NCBI RefSeq assembly: GCF_009914755.1 | Contig: NC_060939.1 | Length of the DNA: 64,000 nt | Reading direction: 5' to 3' (one strand) | DNA from: the human T2T-CHM13v2.0 reference genome, Homo sapiens | Shown: positions 48,768 to 59,986 of the stretch, in pieces | Layout: each line of letters starts with the position of its first letter | How positions within the stretch are numbered: position 1 is the first letter of the stretch | The notes under the pieces: model-generated | What the model was told of the DNA's origin: nothing | Databases searched by the model: none | Seen by the model: the letters and a program-made list of their open reading frames with translations, nothing else | Program-made: the position numbers and the translations under genes

Positions 48768-49959
48768 GTGAGGGCGGTGCCGGGTTCACCTGGCAGCGCG
48801 CGTGGGCCGGGCAGCACGGTCGCCGCCTGGGGGTGGGCGTCTTCTCTCAACCGAAGCTGGGAGTTGGGGAGCTGGAGGGTCCAGGATGAGAATTCAGTGG
48901 CGCTACTACCCCGGAGCTGCTTGTGGTTCAGAGATCAGAAAGGTGTCCTGAGGACTGGAGGCAGAAATCCAGGCGTGGCGTACTGGAAGGCGCACTAGGG
49001 GAGGGCAGCCTGGCCCAGAATTTCTTTGCATTTTAAAGGCCACACATTCAGTCTCCCCGGGGCGCTACGGAGGTAGTCACCGCCACATCCAGGACTCCTT
49101 CCACAGAGGTCAGTTCCTCAGCTGGGTGGGCTTTAATACGCTCTCTTCGTAGAGACCCGGAGGTTCAACTTTAATTCTTTGCGCTGACATTTGCTCAACG
49201 ACACCGGAGCAGAAATCCTTGGGATAATTGCGTAGGTAACAAACAGTGTCTCAATCCCACTGAAGATAAGTAAGTTAAAAATAAAGACAGTGATGTTGGT
49301 GGTGAACTTGAGTGGCGATTAGTTTCCGCAATTAGTTCCCTCCTGCACTGTCCATTTGTTAAGCAAATGTGCTGACGGCTTTTTTTTAAATGATTGGGTT
49401 GCCATAAAAGAGGTTTTCTCTAGTCTGAATGAACTTCTGTGCGATGCTGACTGAGGGTTTCAGCCTCCTCTAGATGCTTACAAGAGCTTGGTCTGGAAGG
49501 TACACGGGTGCGAACCCTTAAGGTACCAAGCAGCTTCTCAGTGAACCGTGAGACGTTAGAACACTTGCTTCAGGACGCACAGAATTCAGACACCACTTAT
49601 TGAAGGATTTGTATGGATTATAATTTACATTAGCATTCATTTTTTGCTTGAGTCAGTAGCATTTCAATTCAACAAATATTTATTGTACACCTGTTAACGG
49701 GCAGACCTCTGAGAGCCGGGCTGGTGTGCTGTTGGGTAGCACAGGTGTTGATATTAATACAAAGGGGAATCTTAAGGCACTTATTCCTCACAGGTGGGTG
49801 TTTAGAACGAGACCAATGGTGCTGCGCTTTGCCTCAGCAGCACCTGTGTAATCGCTGGTTATAAGTATTTAAATGCAGGGAGAATGTAAATCTTTGAAGA
49901 GTCTCTGTCATTAGCCTGATCAGTCATTCCAAAGCAATAAAAATTGTCAAAACCATGCT

Positions 49960-50170
49960 TAAAATAAGATTATTAAGAATTAGCTCTGTGCCAAGCACCA
50001 TGCTAGGCACTTTGTCTTGTCTATGAAATCTACAAAGTAGATACTATTCCCCTGTGCAGATAAGGAACTGAGGCAGAGAGGAGTCCAGTAATTTGTACAA
50101 GGTCAGTGGTGAATTTAGAAATTGCATGTGGCTATTTCTGAGTGCAGAACTCGTACTTTTTCACTATTCC
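49960..50170 (-). mobile_element. MIR
   Basis: gtgccaagcaccatgctaggcacttt...tgcagataaggaactgaggcagagagg. Confidence 0.75.
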
Positions 50171-50355
50171 ATGCTGTCTCTAAGATGGAGAGTGTAAATC
50201 CGGCAGATTTAATATAAGAATTCAAATTTATATTCATAGATCCTATCTCCTGGGGATTAATGGAGTTAAAGTAGTCCTCAGGAATGAAGTGAGCACTGTT
50301 TTCATTGCACTTGTGTGGTCAAGCTGTGACCTATCTGTGACTAGTAGATGTAGCT

Positions 50356-50460
50356 TTAAAAGATAAAATTTATTATGTGTCTTAACATATTTTGAAAGGC
50401 CTTTCAAAATATGTTAAAAGATAAAATTTATTATGTCTCTTAACATATTTTGAAAGGCCT
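50356..50460. repeat. 47-bp direct duplication bridged by a 36-bp perfect palindrome
   Basis: Copies at 50356-50402 and 50414-50460 (1 mismatch). Palindrome ttaacatattttgaaagg|cctttcaaaatatgttaa at 50382-50417. Confidence 0.95.
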
Positions 50461-51317
50461 GATATATCCAAACAGGGCCAATTAATAAAATTGCATATAT
50501 ATTCTCTCTGTGTTATACATGGAAGGAACAGCTAATTTCCTATTATTGGTGTGCTTTACTATGGTCTCCTCCTGCAGAGGTGAGTTTCTCAGCTGAGTGG
50601 GCTTTGAAATCAATTTCAGCTTGATTTCTTACAGCTGCAAGATGATTAGCGGTCTCTTGTCACCTGGAAAGGACTTTGTGTTTGTGTAAACCTGTGCTCA
50701 CACACGAATATATATTTTTCCTTAAACCTATTTCCAGAAGTACTACTTCTGGAAATTGTAGAGTACTGCAATGTGATGATCTGGCGAGGAATCAAGTTCC
50801 TTATTTGACTTTTGCATAAAGGATGTATAACAACTGACAATTTCTTTAAGTGCATGTAAACCAGGAAAGTAATTTTCAAATTAAAATTATTATACTGTGG
50901 AGAATGGAAAGTGAGTGAAAAATAGTACTCTGAATTCAAATAATATTTCTTGTTGTGGAAAACACTTGCTTTCTTAAAACTTTTCTTGTAATTGTTGGTA
51001 ATTACACACAGAAATGGAAGGGGTTTTATATTTAAATTACCTTGAATTGTTGCCAGTTAACTGTTGAGAAAAGGCTTTGCCCGTGAAGCGAGGATCAGGT
51101 AGAATATTTTGCCTGCGTCAATCTTGGCACAGATTTTTTTTTTCCCTCTATCTTCACGTGGAGGTGAAACAGCCAGACACCTTAAACTCCTCTTTAGGAG
51201 CTGAGCTGTTAAGTCCTTCCTAGAAGGTGTTTATAAAAGTGTGCCTGACCTGGTAAGGTGTTCTCATGGGGAACCAGGGTGGGTGATGAAGGAGGAGAGT
51301 ATGTAGGGGATATGAAG

Positions 51318-51625
51318 CAGGGGCAGTTCCAAGTTTTGTGAGGCCTAAAAGGTAAACAATTTGGAGACTCTCTTTAAGAAAATTAATACAAAATTAGGTG
51401 TGAAAGTGAATATGTATTTAAAATGAGAAAAAGAGATGATAATTTACTGGAGATTTCTGCCTGTTTCTGTGGAGATCTTGGGCAATTTACCAGAAATGCT
51501 TACAAAAACAGGAGTGCTGATTGCAATCCGGCTTCCCCTCTCCCTGAGAACACTCAGCATTTCCCAGCAGCTTGTCACACCCACGGGGGGCCCTGCTAGT
51601 GAGAAGCCCAAAGTTGAAGCTCTGT
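51318..51625. mobile_element. hAT-Tip100-family fragment
   Basis: caggggcagttccaagttttgtgaggcct...ctctttaagaaaattaatacaaaattaggtgtgaaagtgaata. Confidence 0.55.
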
Positions 51626-51943
51626 TACCCTCAAAGAGTGAGAGGGAAAGTTGTGGTTAAAGGCAAAGGACTCATGCTCCACTGAGCAGAGAAGAGACTG
51701 CTGGATGGGACAGCAGAGACACTCTGGACACTCATGTCCAACGAACAATTCTGAGAGCTGGTCTTCAAGACTTTCCAGGTTGGTTTGTTTCTCAGGGATG
51801 CCTTTGGCCATTGGCTTTTCCAACTATCAGTCACCATTTATTGGGAGTTTTCTAATGTCCCAAGTCCTGAGTAAGGCGAAGTCCTGATTGTCAAGAACTC
51901 CCAGTCTCATGGAGCTGATTTCATTGATCACAGTGCTTTGTTA

Positions 51944-52371
<428 letters not shown>

Positions 52372-52404
52372 ATCCCTGGTGGTTTAGACTCATTCATTCT
52401 CCTC

Positions 52405-52573
52405 CACTGATGTTCTTCGAGTCCGGCAGCACCTACGTACCTGAGATTAACTTGTTAGAAATGCACGTTCTCAGGCACCCCGCATTAGGAGCTCTGCGTC
52501 TAGAGCACAGTAATCTGTGCTTTAAGAAGCCCTCCGGATGATTCTGGTGCATGCTAAAATCTGAAAACCACTG
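52405..52573. mobile_element. MER5A (hAT-Charlie MITE)
   Basis: cttgttagaaatgcacgttctcagg...aatctgtgctttaagaagccctccggatgattctggtgcatgctaaaatctgaaaaccactg. Confidence 0.8.
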
Positions 52574-52699
52574 GTCTTAATATTTAAGAGAACAGATAGG
52601 GCATGGAATCCCTTATGGAGATCACTGGGAGGGAACTGAAATTAATAATAATAGTAATATATTAGTGTTGTAATATGATAATTTGTATTACTATCACTA

Positions 52700-52915
52700 A
52701 CATTTATTGAGCTCTCAGGTTGTGCCAGGCATTTTGCTAAGAAATATTAACTCTTAATCTTCGGTACAAACCCTGGGTAACGCAGGGCTATGATCAACTG
52801 GATTTAAATGTGAGAAAACTGAAAGAGAAATAGGAAATTGTCCGTAGTCACACAGCTGGAAAGTGGTTCAGCCGGGATTCAAGCACAGGCTGTCTGGTTT
52901 TAGAACCTTCCTCTT
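52700..52915 (-). mobile_element. MIR
   Basis: taacatttattgagc...gtgccaggc...gagaaaactga...gtcacacagctggaaagtgg...gggattcaa. Confidence 0.7.
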
Positions 52916-53473
52916 TTATCTTGCCTGGGAGAGTTTTCATCGATGCCACTGTTATGTGTTGGCATTGGCCAAGAGGCAGGCCTGGGATTGCTTGGGATGT
53001 GCCTGTTTAACAATCGTAGTCATTTGCTGACTACTGTGGTTAAGAAATTTTTCATTAGAGACAAATTTCCAAACTAGGAAGGAAGAACTTCATTGTCATT
53101 TACTCCTGATGCAGACTTTTAAAATTTCATGAGTGAATAGACATGATTCCATATAAATGATTACATCACATGCAAATACCATTTCCCATAGCGTCATGAT
53201 TAAGGGCTCCTATGGATTACCCAGCGGGGAGTGATGTTGGTGATTATGGAAGGTGGCCTTGTTTCCTTGTTTAGGAATGCTGGGATTTGATCTGATTATT
53301 AGAGGCCTCTCTTCTAGAGGCCAAGCACCTCCCCAGGCCACAGAGGATTTGAAGGTGATGCTGTGTTTGTTCATTACATTTTGGAAGATATTCAGAAGAG
53401 CTGTGCCTTGTCCTATTACATTTTTTTTTTCTGGTAAAAAAATAAAAAGTTGCCTATGATTCAATCCTTTCTT

Positions 53474-53505
<32 letters not shown>

Positions 53506-53724
53506 GAAATAGCCCCATGGTGTCAAGCAGCGTGAGTAAGAATGTACAGATAGTGACATGGATATGTGTGCGAGTGCGTAGAGTGATGGTTTGCTCTCGG
53601 GTATAAACCTAAGGTTGCTGTGCCTTTACTTCCCCTCTAGAAAAAAATGTTTACACAAACATTAATTTGAGTTTATGGTAGGCAGCAGAATCTAATTCTG
53701 AGAATGCCAGCTGTGTCATCTATG

Positions 53725-54500
53725 CATGCGTTCATTCATTCATGTGGTCACTGGTTGCCTGCCTAGTTGTGCTAAATATTATGTTAGGCACCAGAAGAGA
53801 TACAGTGTGACCAAAACAGACATGATCCCCATGGACCGGAATAGAAGTCCTTGTAGTGCAATGTTATGGGAGAACAGAATAGATGCCCTCCCTCTGGCAG
53901 TGAGTCAGCAGGAAAGGCGCTCATAAGTTATTGTAGATCAGGAGGGAGGTAGGTTATTGGGCTTGATTAAGGCCTTAGGGAAGTGGAGGTGCGGCAGGAT
54001 TTGAGAGATAACTAGGAAGATTACACAGGTGACCAGGTGGAGGTGGGTGATGAGAGAGAGGGAGGTGCTGGGCCTGTGGATCAGGTTTGAGCCTTGGGCT
54101 GCTGGCTTGTTGCCAGTAACATAAGTCAGTATTGGAGGAGGAGAAGCCTCTTTTCAGAGAATTATGACCTTCATGGACACTGAGTCTGAGATGTTTGGAT
54201 GACCCCAAGGTAGAGATGTTAGGTGGATAATTGGATAGGATAAAGGTCTGCACTCCAGGAAAGAGGTTGGCAATGTAGAGATTTGAAAGAACTGGTCTTT
54301 GGATGGTAATTGAATAATTGACTAAATATCAACTGATTGAATAATGCAGTTGCTATAACAACTGAATAATTCAATCAACTGAACTCATTCTTCAGCGAGT
54401 GGAGATGAATCCTCCACTCTCTTTGGCCTTTGAGATATTTGAGAGCCATATTTGAGAGGTGGAGGTGGAAGGACGTCCTCAATGTGGAAAAGCAAACAAG
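53725..54500 (-). mobile_element. L2 fragment
   Basis: ttcattcattcat tail and L2 3' body (ggacactgagtctgagatg...gtagagatgttaggtgg). Confidence 0.6.
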
Positions 54501-54516
54501 GGCCATTGAAAGCAGT

Positions 54517-55301
54517 TGAGGACAGGACTAAACTCGGATTTTTTTTTTTTTATGCTGCCCAAATTCTTATCTAAGGGGTCTGGGGAGTCATGCCCTACAA
54601 ACTATAAATTCTTATCAAATGGGTTTCATTTAACCCTGTATATCATGACTTACTTTCCAATCTGACTCTGGCATAACATTACCTGACAAAGAAGAAAGTG
54701 GAAATATTTTACCCCAAAAGTATGTTTCTTTGCCATATTTTGAAATGGTCCTGCAAAGCTGTCCTTTGTGGGGTCACATGTGCATCTGTAAAGAATCTCT
54801 ATTAAAGCTAGATCTTTTTCTTCCAGGCCCTCCCTATCCTGAAGAGATTAAGAGTCTAGCACCTTTTAAGGTCTGAATAGGAAACATTTGTCATCTGTCA
54901 TCTCTAAGGGCAGCCACTGTAAGACTTCAGAGAACCTTGCTCTCCACAATTTTTTATCTTAACCTGAACATTTCCTTTCTATTGATCCCAGGTCTTTAGA
55001 CAAACTCAACCAATTGTCAATCAGAAAATGTTTACATTTATCTATAGCCTGGAAGCCACCCCCCGCCCCGCGCACTTTGAGTTGTCACGCCTTTTTGAAC
55101 CAAACCAATGTATTTCTTGAACGTATTTCATTGATGTGTCATGCCTCTCTAAAATGTATAAAATCAAGCTGCACCCTGACCACCTTGGGCACATGTTCTC
55201 AGGACCTCCTGAGGGCTGAGTCACGGGCCATGGTCACTCATATTTGGCTCGGAATAAATCTCTTAAAATATTTTACAGAGTTTGACTCTTTTTTGTTGAC
55301 A
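54517..55301 (+). mobile_element. Solo LTR, MER4E-like (ERV1)
   Basis: TG...CA ends, 4-bp TSD cagt/tagt, ctaaggggtctggggagtcatgccctac, MER4-type end ctgaccaccttgggcacatgttctcaggacctcctgagggctg, AATAAA at 55253. Confidence 0.88.
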
Positions 55302-55619
55302 TAGTAGAGTGAGGAGTGAACAAGGAGGTTGTTGAAAGCTAGTGTTCAGAATTTGAGCCCATATAATTTTTATGAGGTAAAACGTTTATCATATATCCTC
55401 TTGTTATTTTCTGTTATAAAAACACACATTTTAAATTAATGTATATCGTATGAATCATAAATGAATCATATCATTTTGTATATTGTGTAGATTGGCCAGT
55501 GCTGCTTTGGAGTAGCTGTTAGAATATTAATTTTTATATAGAATAGATAGGTTTTCTTAGGTGCTCCAAGTAGAAGGCTTTTTTAAAACTGCTAAAAAGT
55601 AGCTAGGAGAAAAAAAAAA

Positions 55620-55930
55620 GTTCTTTTATCCAAAAACTATTCACTGAGCATGTGCTATACATGTTATGTGCTGAAATTTTAGTTGTGAATAAAACAAATA
55701 GATCCTCATCCTCTCAGAGCTTACAGTTGAGAGGGGAAACCAGACAGTTTCACAAGTGATTACAATGAAGTGTGCTGTTCGTTAAGGGTGAGGGACAGGG
55801 TGCTATGAGAGCAGGTGGTGAGGGCCACATCCAAAGTGCCACCTAGGCCTGGCAGGAAGGAGATGGAGAAGCACAGAGGGAGTGTTTTGAGAAATCAGTG
55901 GATGGATGCTTTTGAGGAACTGAAAGCCTA
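55620..55930 (-). mobile_element. L2 fragment
   Basis: tattcactgagcatgtgctat...tgaataaaac...cctctcagagcttacagt...gggtgctatgagagca. Confidence 0.6.
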
Positions 55931-56104
55931 GGCTAGTCTGTTTAAGCTTTGTTAATGACAAGTTATTAATAAGTGGGAATATTCATGAGAGGTCTGCTAA
56001 CTGATGGGGAAAACTAAAAAGGAAGCATTAAACCTATCTGTGTGACCACGCCCATGTTCTGTGAAGGGTTTTGAAGAATCCAAGATACAATGGAGTTGAC
56101 CGTG

Positions 56105-56186
56105 AAAAAAAAAAAAAAAGAAAAGAAAAACTAAAAACAAAAACACCCAAATTAAAAACAAAAATACCAAAATCAAAAACAAAAAT
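56105..56186. repeat. A-rich low-complexity tract
   Basis: A15 followed by imperfect aaaaacaaaaa(c/t)acc..aaat units. Confidence 0.85.
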
Positions 56187-56711
56187 GATTGGGTAATGCT
56201 TACTTTTTTTAAGGTGGTGGTTGGGGAACTACTTTTAGCATTATGAAGCATGTTTGGATTTAGCCTGAGAACTTGGGTAATATATCAAAAAATAACATTA
56301 TATTTCTTGGACTACAATAACCATTATTGCTATGATAATCTTGCTTAACGTAAAAGATATGTATATAGATATGCTTAGCTTCTTCGGTTTATAGTCTGGA
56401 AATGACCTTTGGGATCAGCTGTTCCACCTCCAGTTGCCCCTTCATGAATAATCTGGGGCTCAGGAGTGCTGCAGGCTCAATTATTATTTTCACTGGGTCA
56501 ATTGGTGACAACATCTGTTGGGTAGAATCTGTCCTGAGTTCCTTGTCCTACAGCGACAATGCTTCACTTGAAGACTTCTTGTTTGTTGTTGGAACAGGCC
56601 CAGTAAATAATTATCTCCATCTCCTTTAAGTCTTTACTTACATGAGCTCCCTCCCCTGTCTTCCTTATCTCCTACTTTTTCTGACACTGTGCTATGTTTT
56701 GAATTCTGTAG

Positions 56712-56759
56712 GAATCCTTGGCGGAAGTTGCCTTCAGCATTTTAGGCCTGTCTAAACAG
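56712..56759 (+). other. Candidate 48-bp cassette exon of the + strand gene
   Basis: ttttgaattctgtag|GAATCC...AAACAG|gtagaa. Open in phase 0 (ESLAEVAFSILGLSKQ). Donor is weak. Confidence 0.2.
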
Positions 56760-59269
56760 GTAGAATTTATCTGACATTTCTTTCACTCCCTTAAGCCTCA
56801 TGTGAGTTGGCACAGAGACATGTAGCTTTGGCAAAGAATGAGAAAGAAGGTTCTGGGGAAGTTTTCTCTGTTAATATTTGAACCAAAAGACACGGTGGGG
56901 CTTGGAAAGTATCTGATGAATTGTTTTTAAATGTCATGAACTATTTATGTGCCCCCAAATTATGTTTGATCAGATAGGTGTGGCCCTGATCAGTAATAAC
57001 AGACTGGTATTTGGTCCTTTTATTAACTACTTCCTCTCCAATTTCCTTTCCAAAGCCACGTGTCAGTTTCAAGCATTGTCACTATGAGCCCAAGATCCAG
57101 AATTATTATTTTATTGTTTAGTTTTGGTGTTCAGTTGTCAGGCTGTGCCTTTTCATTGGTAGTTTTTTTTTGTTTGTTTTGTTTTTTAAGTAGAAGTTTT
57201 TGCTTTTCCTAGTTTACAGGACACACAGATTTAGCTGCTGTATATTTTATTTTGTGTACTAGCTACCTGATATTTCGGAGTCTCTACTCAGTGGTAGCAT
57301 TATCTTAGTCATGCTAATCCTCTTAGGAACCCTATTAGATAGGAATCATCTCCATTTTATTGAAGGGAACACTGAGACTCAGTGAAACCTAGAACTTGCA
57401 CAAGGTCACCCAACTGGGTTGGAAATCTGGCCTATGTCTTTTTTTACTTTCTACCCCTGTTATTTGATTTCAAGCTAGTGCTGTTTCAACCATTTCAATC
57501 ACTGCACTCTGTTTTGCATCCCAGGGAAATTATTTCACCCCAAGACTTGAGGGGTTTCAAGACCCATTCCAACTAAGATTTCAGAAATTCCTCTACCTCC
57601 TGAGTTTGGAAGTAGCTGTTCTGTGCATTCTCAGGCTCAATGCAAAGGTGAAATCCTTCATGACAGGGGAGGCCTTAAAACCACATCCATGTAGACCTGG
57701 AATCTTGCTAAACCCTGTTGTGAAGATAAACGCAGCATGGTCTTGATAAATATGTCATTTAAGAGCAATTTCCTGCCAGATGACTGTGTATATATGAAGC
57801 TGGGTAATCTGGAAAAGTCTCTATCCTTTATCTGATCCAAGTGATGCTGTAAACAGGATTGTTAGATTTGTGTAACGAAGCTAGCAATCACATCTAAATA
57901 TTACTACACTTAATTCCTAAGTGTTCATGTGAGAACAACTTCATTGTGTTTTTATGTTTTTGAATGATTGTAACCTTTTAAATATATACAGATGTTGGCA
58001 TTTCAAAACCCAGGAAAATTCTTGTGGTGCTATTGATTAGATCAAGGTACTTTTTTTGGTGTGTATCTATTATTAGCATTAAGACACACTTATCAAATAA
58101 GATCTTTTCAAGATCCAGAGTATACAGACACGGTGGATGTTTTGGTTATCGTGGTCTTCGAGAAGCTGGGGTTACTTCTCTGAATACTCCACTTATCCCC
58201 AGCAGAGCTTCTGAGATATCTCCTAGGGATCCTCCTTTAGTTTCATGTAGAGTCGGTGGCTTTCTAGGATGTGAGAGCAAATGCAGAGGCTGGTGTAAAT
58301 GGCAGGGGAAAGTAGTGGAAGAATGTAACTAATACTCCCTTGAACCCTACAATCTGATGTGCCGGGCACAGCCTCATCTGCTTTTGAGAACACTCATCGG
58401 TGTTGTTTAATATTCATTCCAATAAGAAGCCATTTTACTATAGGTTATGAATGGTAATTTTGTATTTTTGTTTAAACTATTTTCTAATGCAAATTTTGCT
58501 GACCAATTCTGGATGTCTTGTTTGTGCAATTTTGGTCGTTTCCATGGTTTGTAGTAATATCCTAAATCTGGCCAGTCGGAAAACCAGGTCTTGCCTGTCG
58601 ATATCTTTTTGCTGGTGGCTGTGGGTCAGAGCTGACTGACTTAGTACTTACAAGGCATTTGTATTATTGTTGCTTTTTAAAGTATGTGATTAAGCATAGG
58701 ATAGAATAGTATAGAACAATATTATGTGCTGATGTATGAATGCAGATATATATATTTTTTTTCTGGAAATGAGTGCTAGAAACTTACTAGTGGTTCCTTT
58801 GTGGAGATGGTCTAGTTTGAGCTAAGTCACTTTTTATCCTGTGCCTCTAGGCACAATTACAGTTTCCTAAGGCATACCCACTTTAAAAAAAAAAAGTTAC
58901 CAGGTTTAATTCAGTGGTGAGATAATAGGGCTTTTTATTTTTGTCTTTAAAATGTCATTTAAATTATCCTTGGACCTCAGAATATTAAAGAGACTTTGAA
59001 TTTGTTTAATATTTCATAGTTTTTTAAAAGTCTGGCATTTATTATTAGATTTTATTAGTTTCTTTGAGATCAGGAGAATTAGCACTACTCTGTATGGTTG
59101 TTGAAATGATTAAGGAGAGAAAAGGTTCCAAATTATTCTCTCCATTCAGCAAGAGTTCCTGTAGGCCACTTCTGATGAGGTAGGTGCAGAATGGAACCAC
59201 TTAAAACGTTTCTACTCCAGTGAGCAAGTAATGAAGGCCTATGCTATGGCTCCCTCAAACCACCTTGTT

Positions 59270-59480
59270 ACTGGGGAAAGTCTGGGTTTTGAATTCAGAC
59301 AAACCCCAGCTCAACTATCAGTTCTGCCATATATTAGCTGTGGGACGTTGACATCTCTGGAACTCAGTTTTCTCATTTGTAAAATGGAGATGAAAATACT
59401 TTGAGATGCCTGTGGATATTAGTAAGAATACATGTAGACTGCCTTGCACATAACAGATACTTCATAAATGTCTATTATTC
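59270..59480 (+). mobile_element. MIR
   Basis: ctctggaactcagttttctcatttgtaaaatggagatga. Confidence 0.75.
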
Positions 59481-59986
59481 AAGGAAAAGAGGGAGTCTGG
59501 ATTCTTCGTAATAAGCAAACCTACAGAGGTTTGGGTAAGTGCCTGCCTACGCTGCTATGTCAGCTTTCTCAGAGATCAGGCATCTGTGCACTGCTGAGGT
59601 TTTTTTCTACATTGCCTTCTAACCAGGATAAGGATGAGAAAGCATGGTAGGATCTGATACTAAATTACAGTATTAAAAGAAACAAGAGGCACATTTTTGG
59701 GCCAGTAACAATTTTAAAAATCTAGTCTATTTACCCAACTTGAGGCTGTTATTTTTAGAGATGAGACACTAGACACTGAAAGTTTTTTTTAAACTTTAGA
59801 TTTTTATTTTCATTTTAAAGATGTTTTTCCCTTTTGCATTTTTAACTAAGTTTTGAGGTCAGAAAGCGAGTATTGCACATGCACATATCCTATTGGCAGT
59901 ATTGGGTTTAGTGGTTTCTTGGTAGTTACCGTATGATTTGATGAAAGCCTGGCCACTTCTGGGGTTAGCTGACAGTGTTTCCTAAA

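Larger units (their letters stand above)
47870..49300. promoter_or_regulatory. CpG-island promoter, core ~48460-48860, possibly bidirectional
   Basis: Sharp rise in GC and CpG density. NotI site at 48565, GC boxes at 48587, 48601 and 48645-48660, CRE half-sites TGACGC (48559) and GCGTCA (48659), ETS-type GGAAGT/CTTCCG, G-runs at 48590-48632. No canonical TATAAA in the core. Confidence 0.9.

Noticed and set aside
48558-48998. 146-aa unspliced ORF across the CpG island
   Set aside because: GC-rich DNA is poor in stop codons, the ORF runs through two strong splice donors, and I recognise no homology.
47870-49300. Assigning a gene symbol to the CpG-island gene
   Set aside because: No recognisable coding exon lies in the window, so any name would be a guess. 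BLAT of 48600-48800 would settle it.
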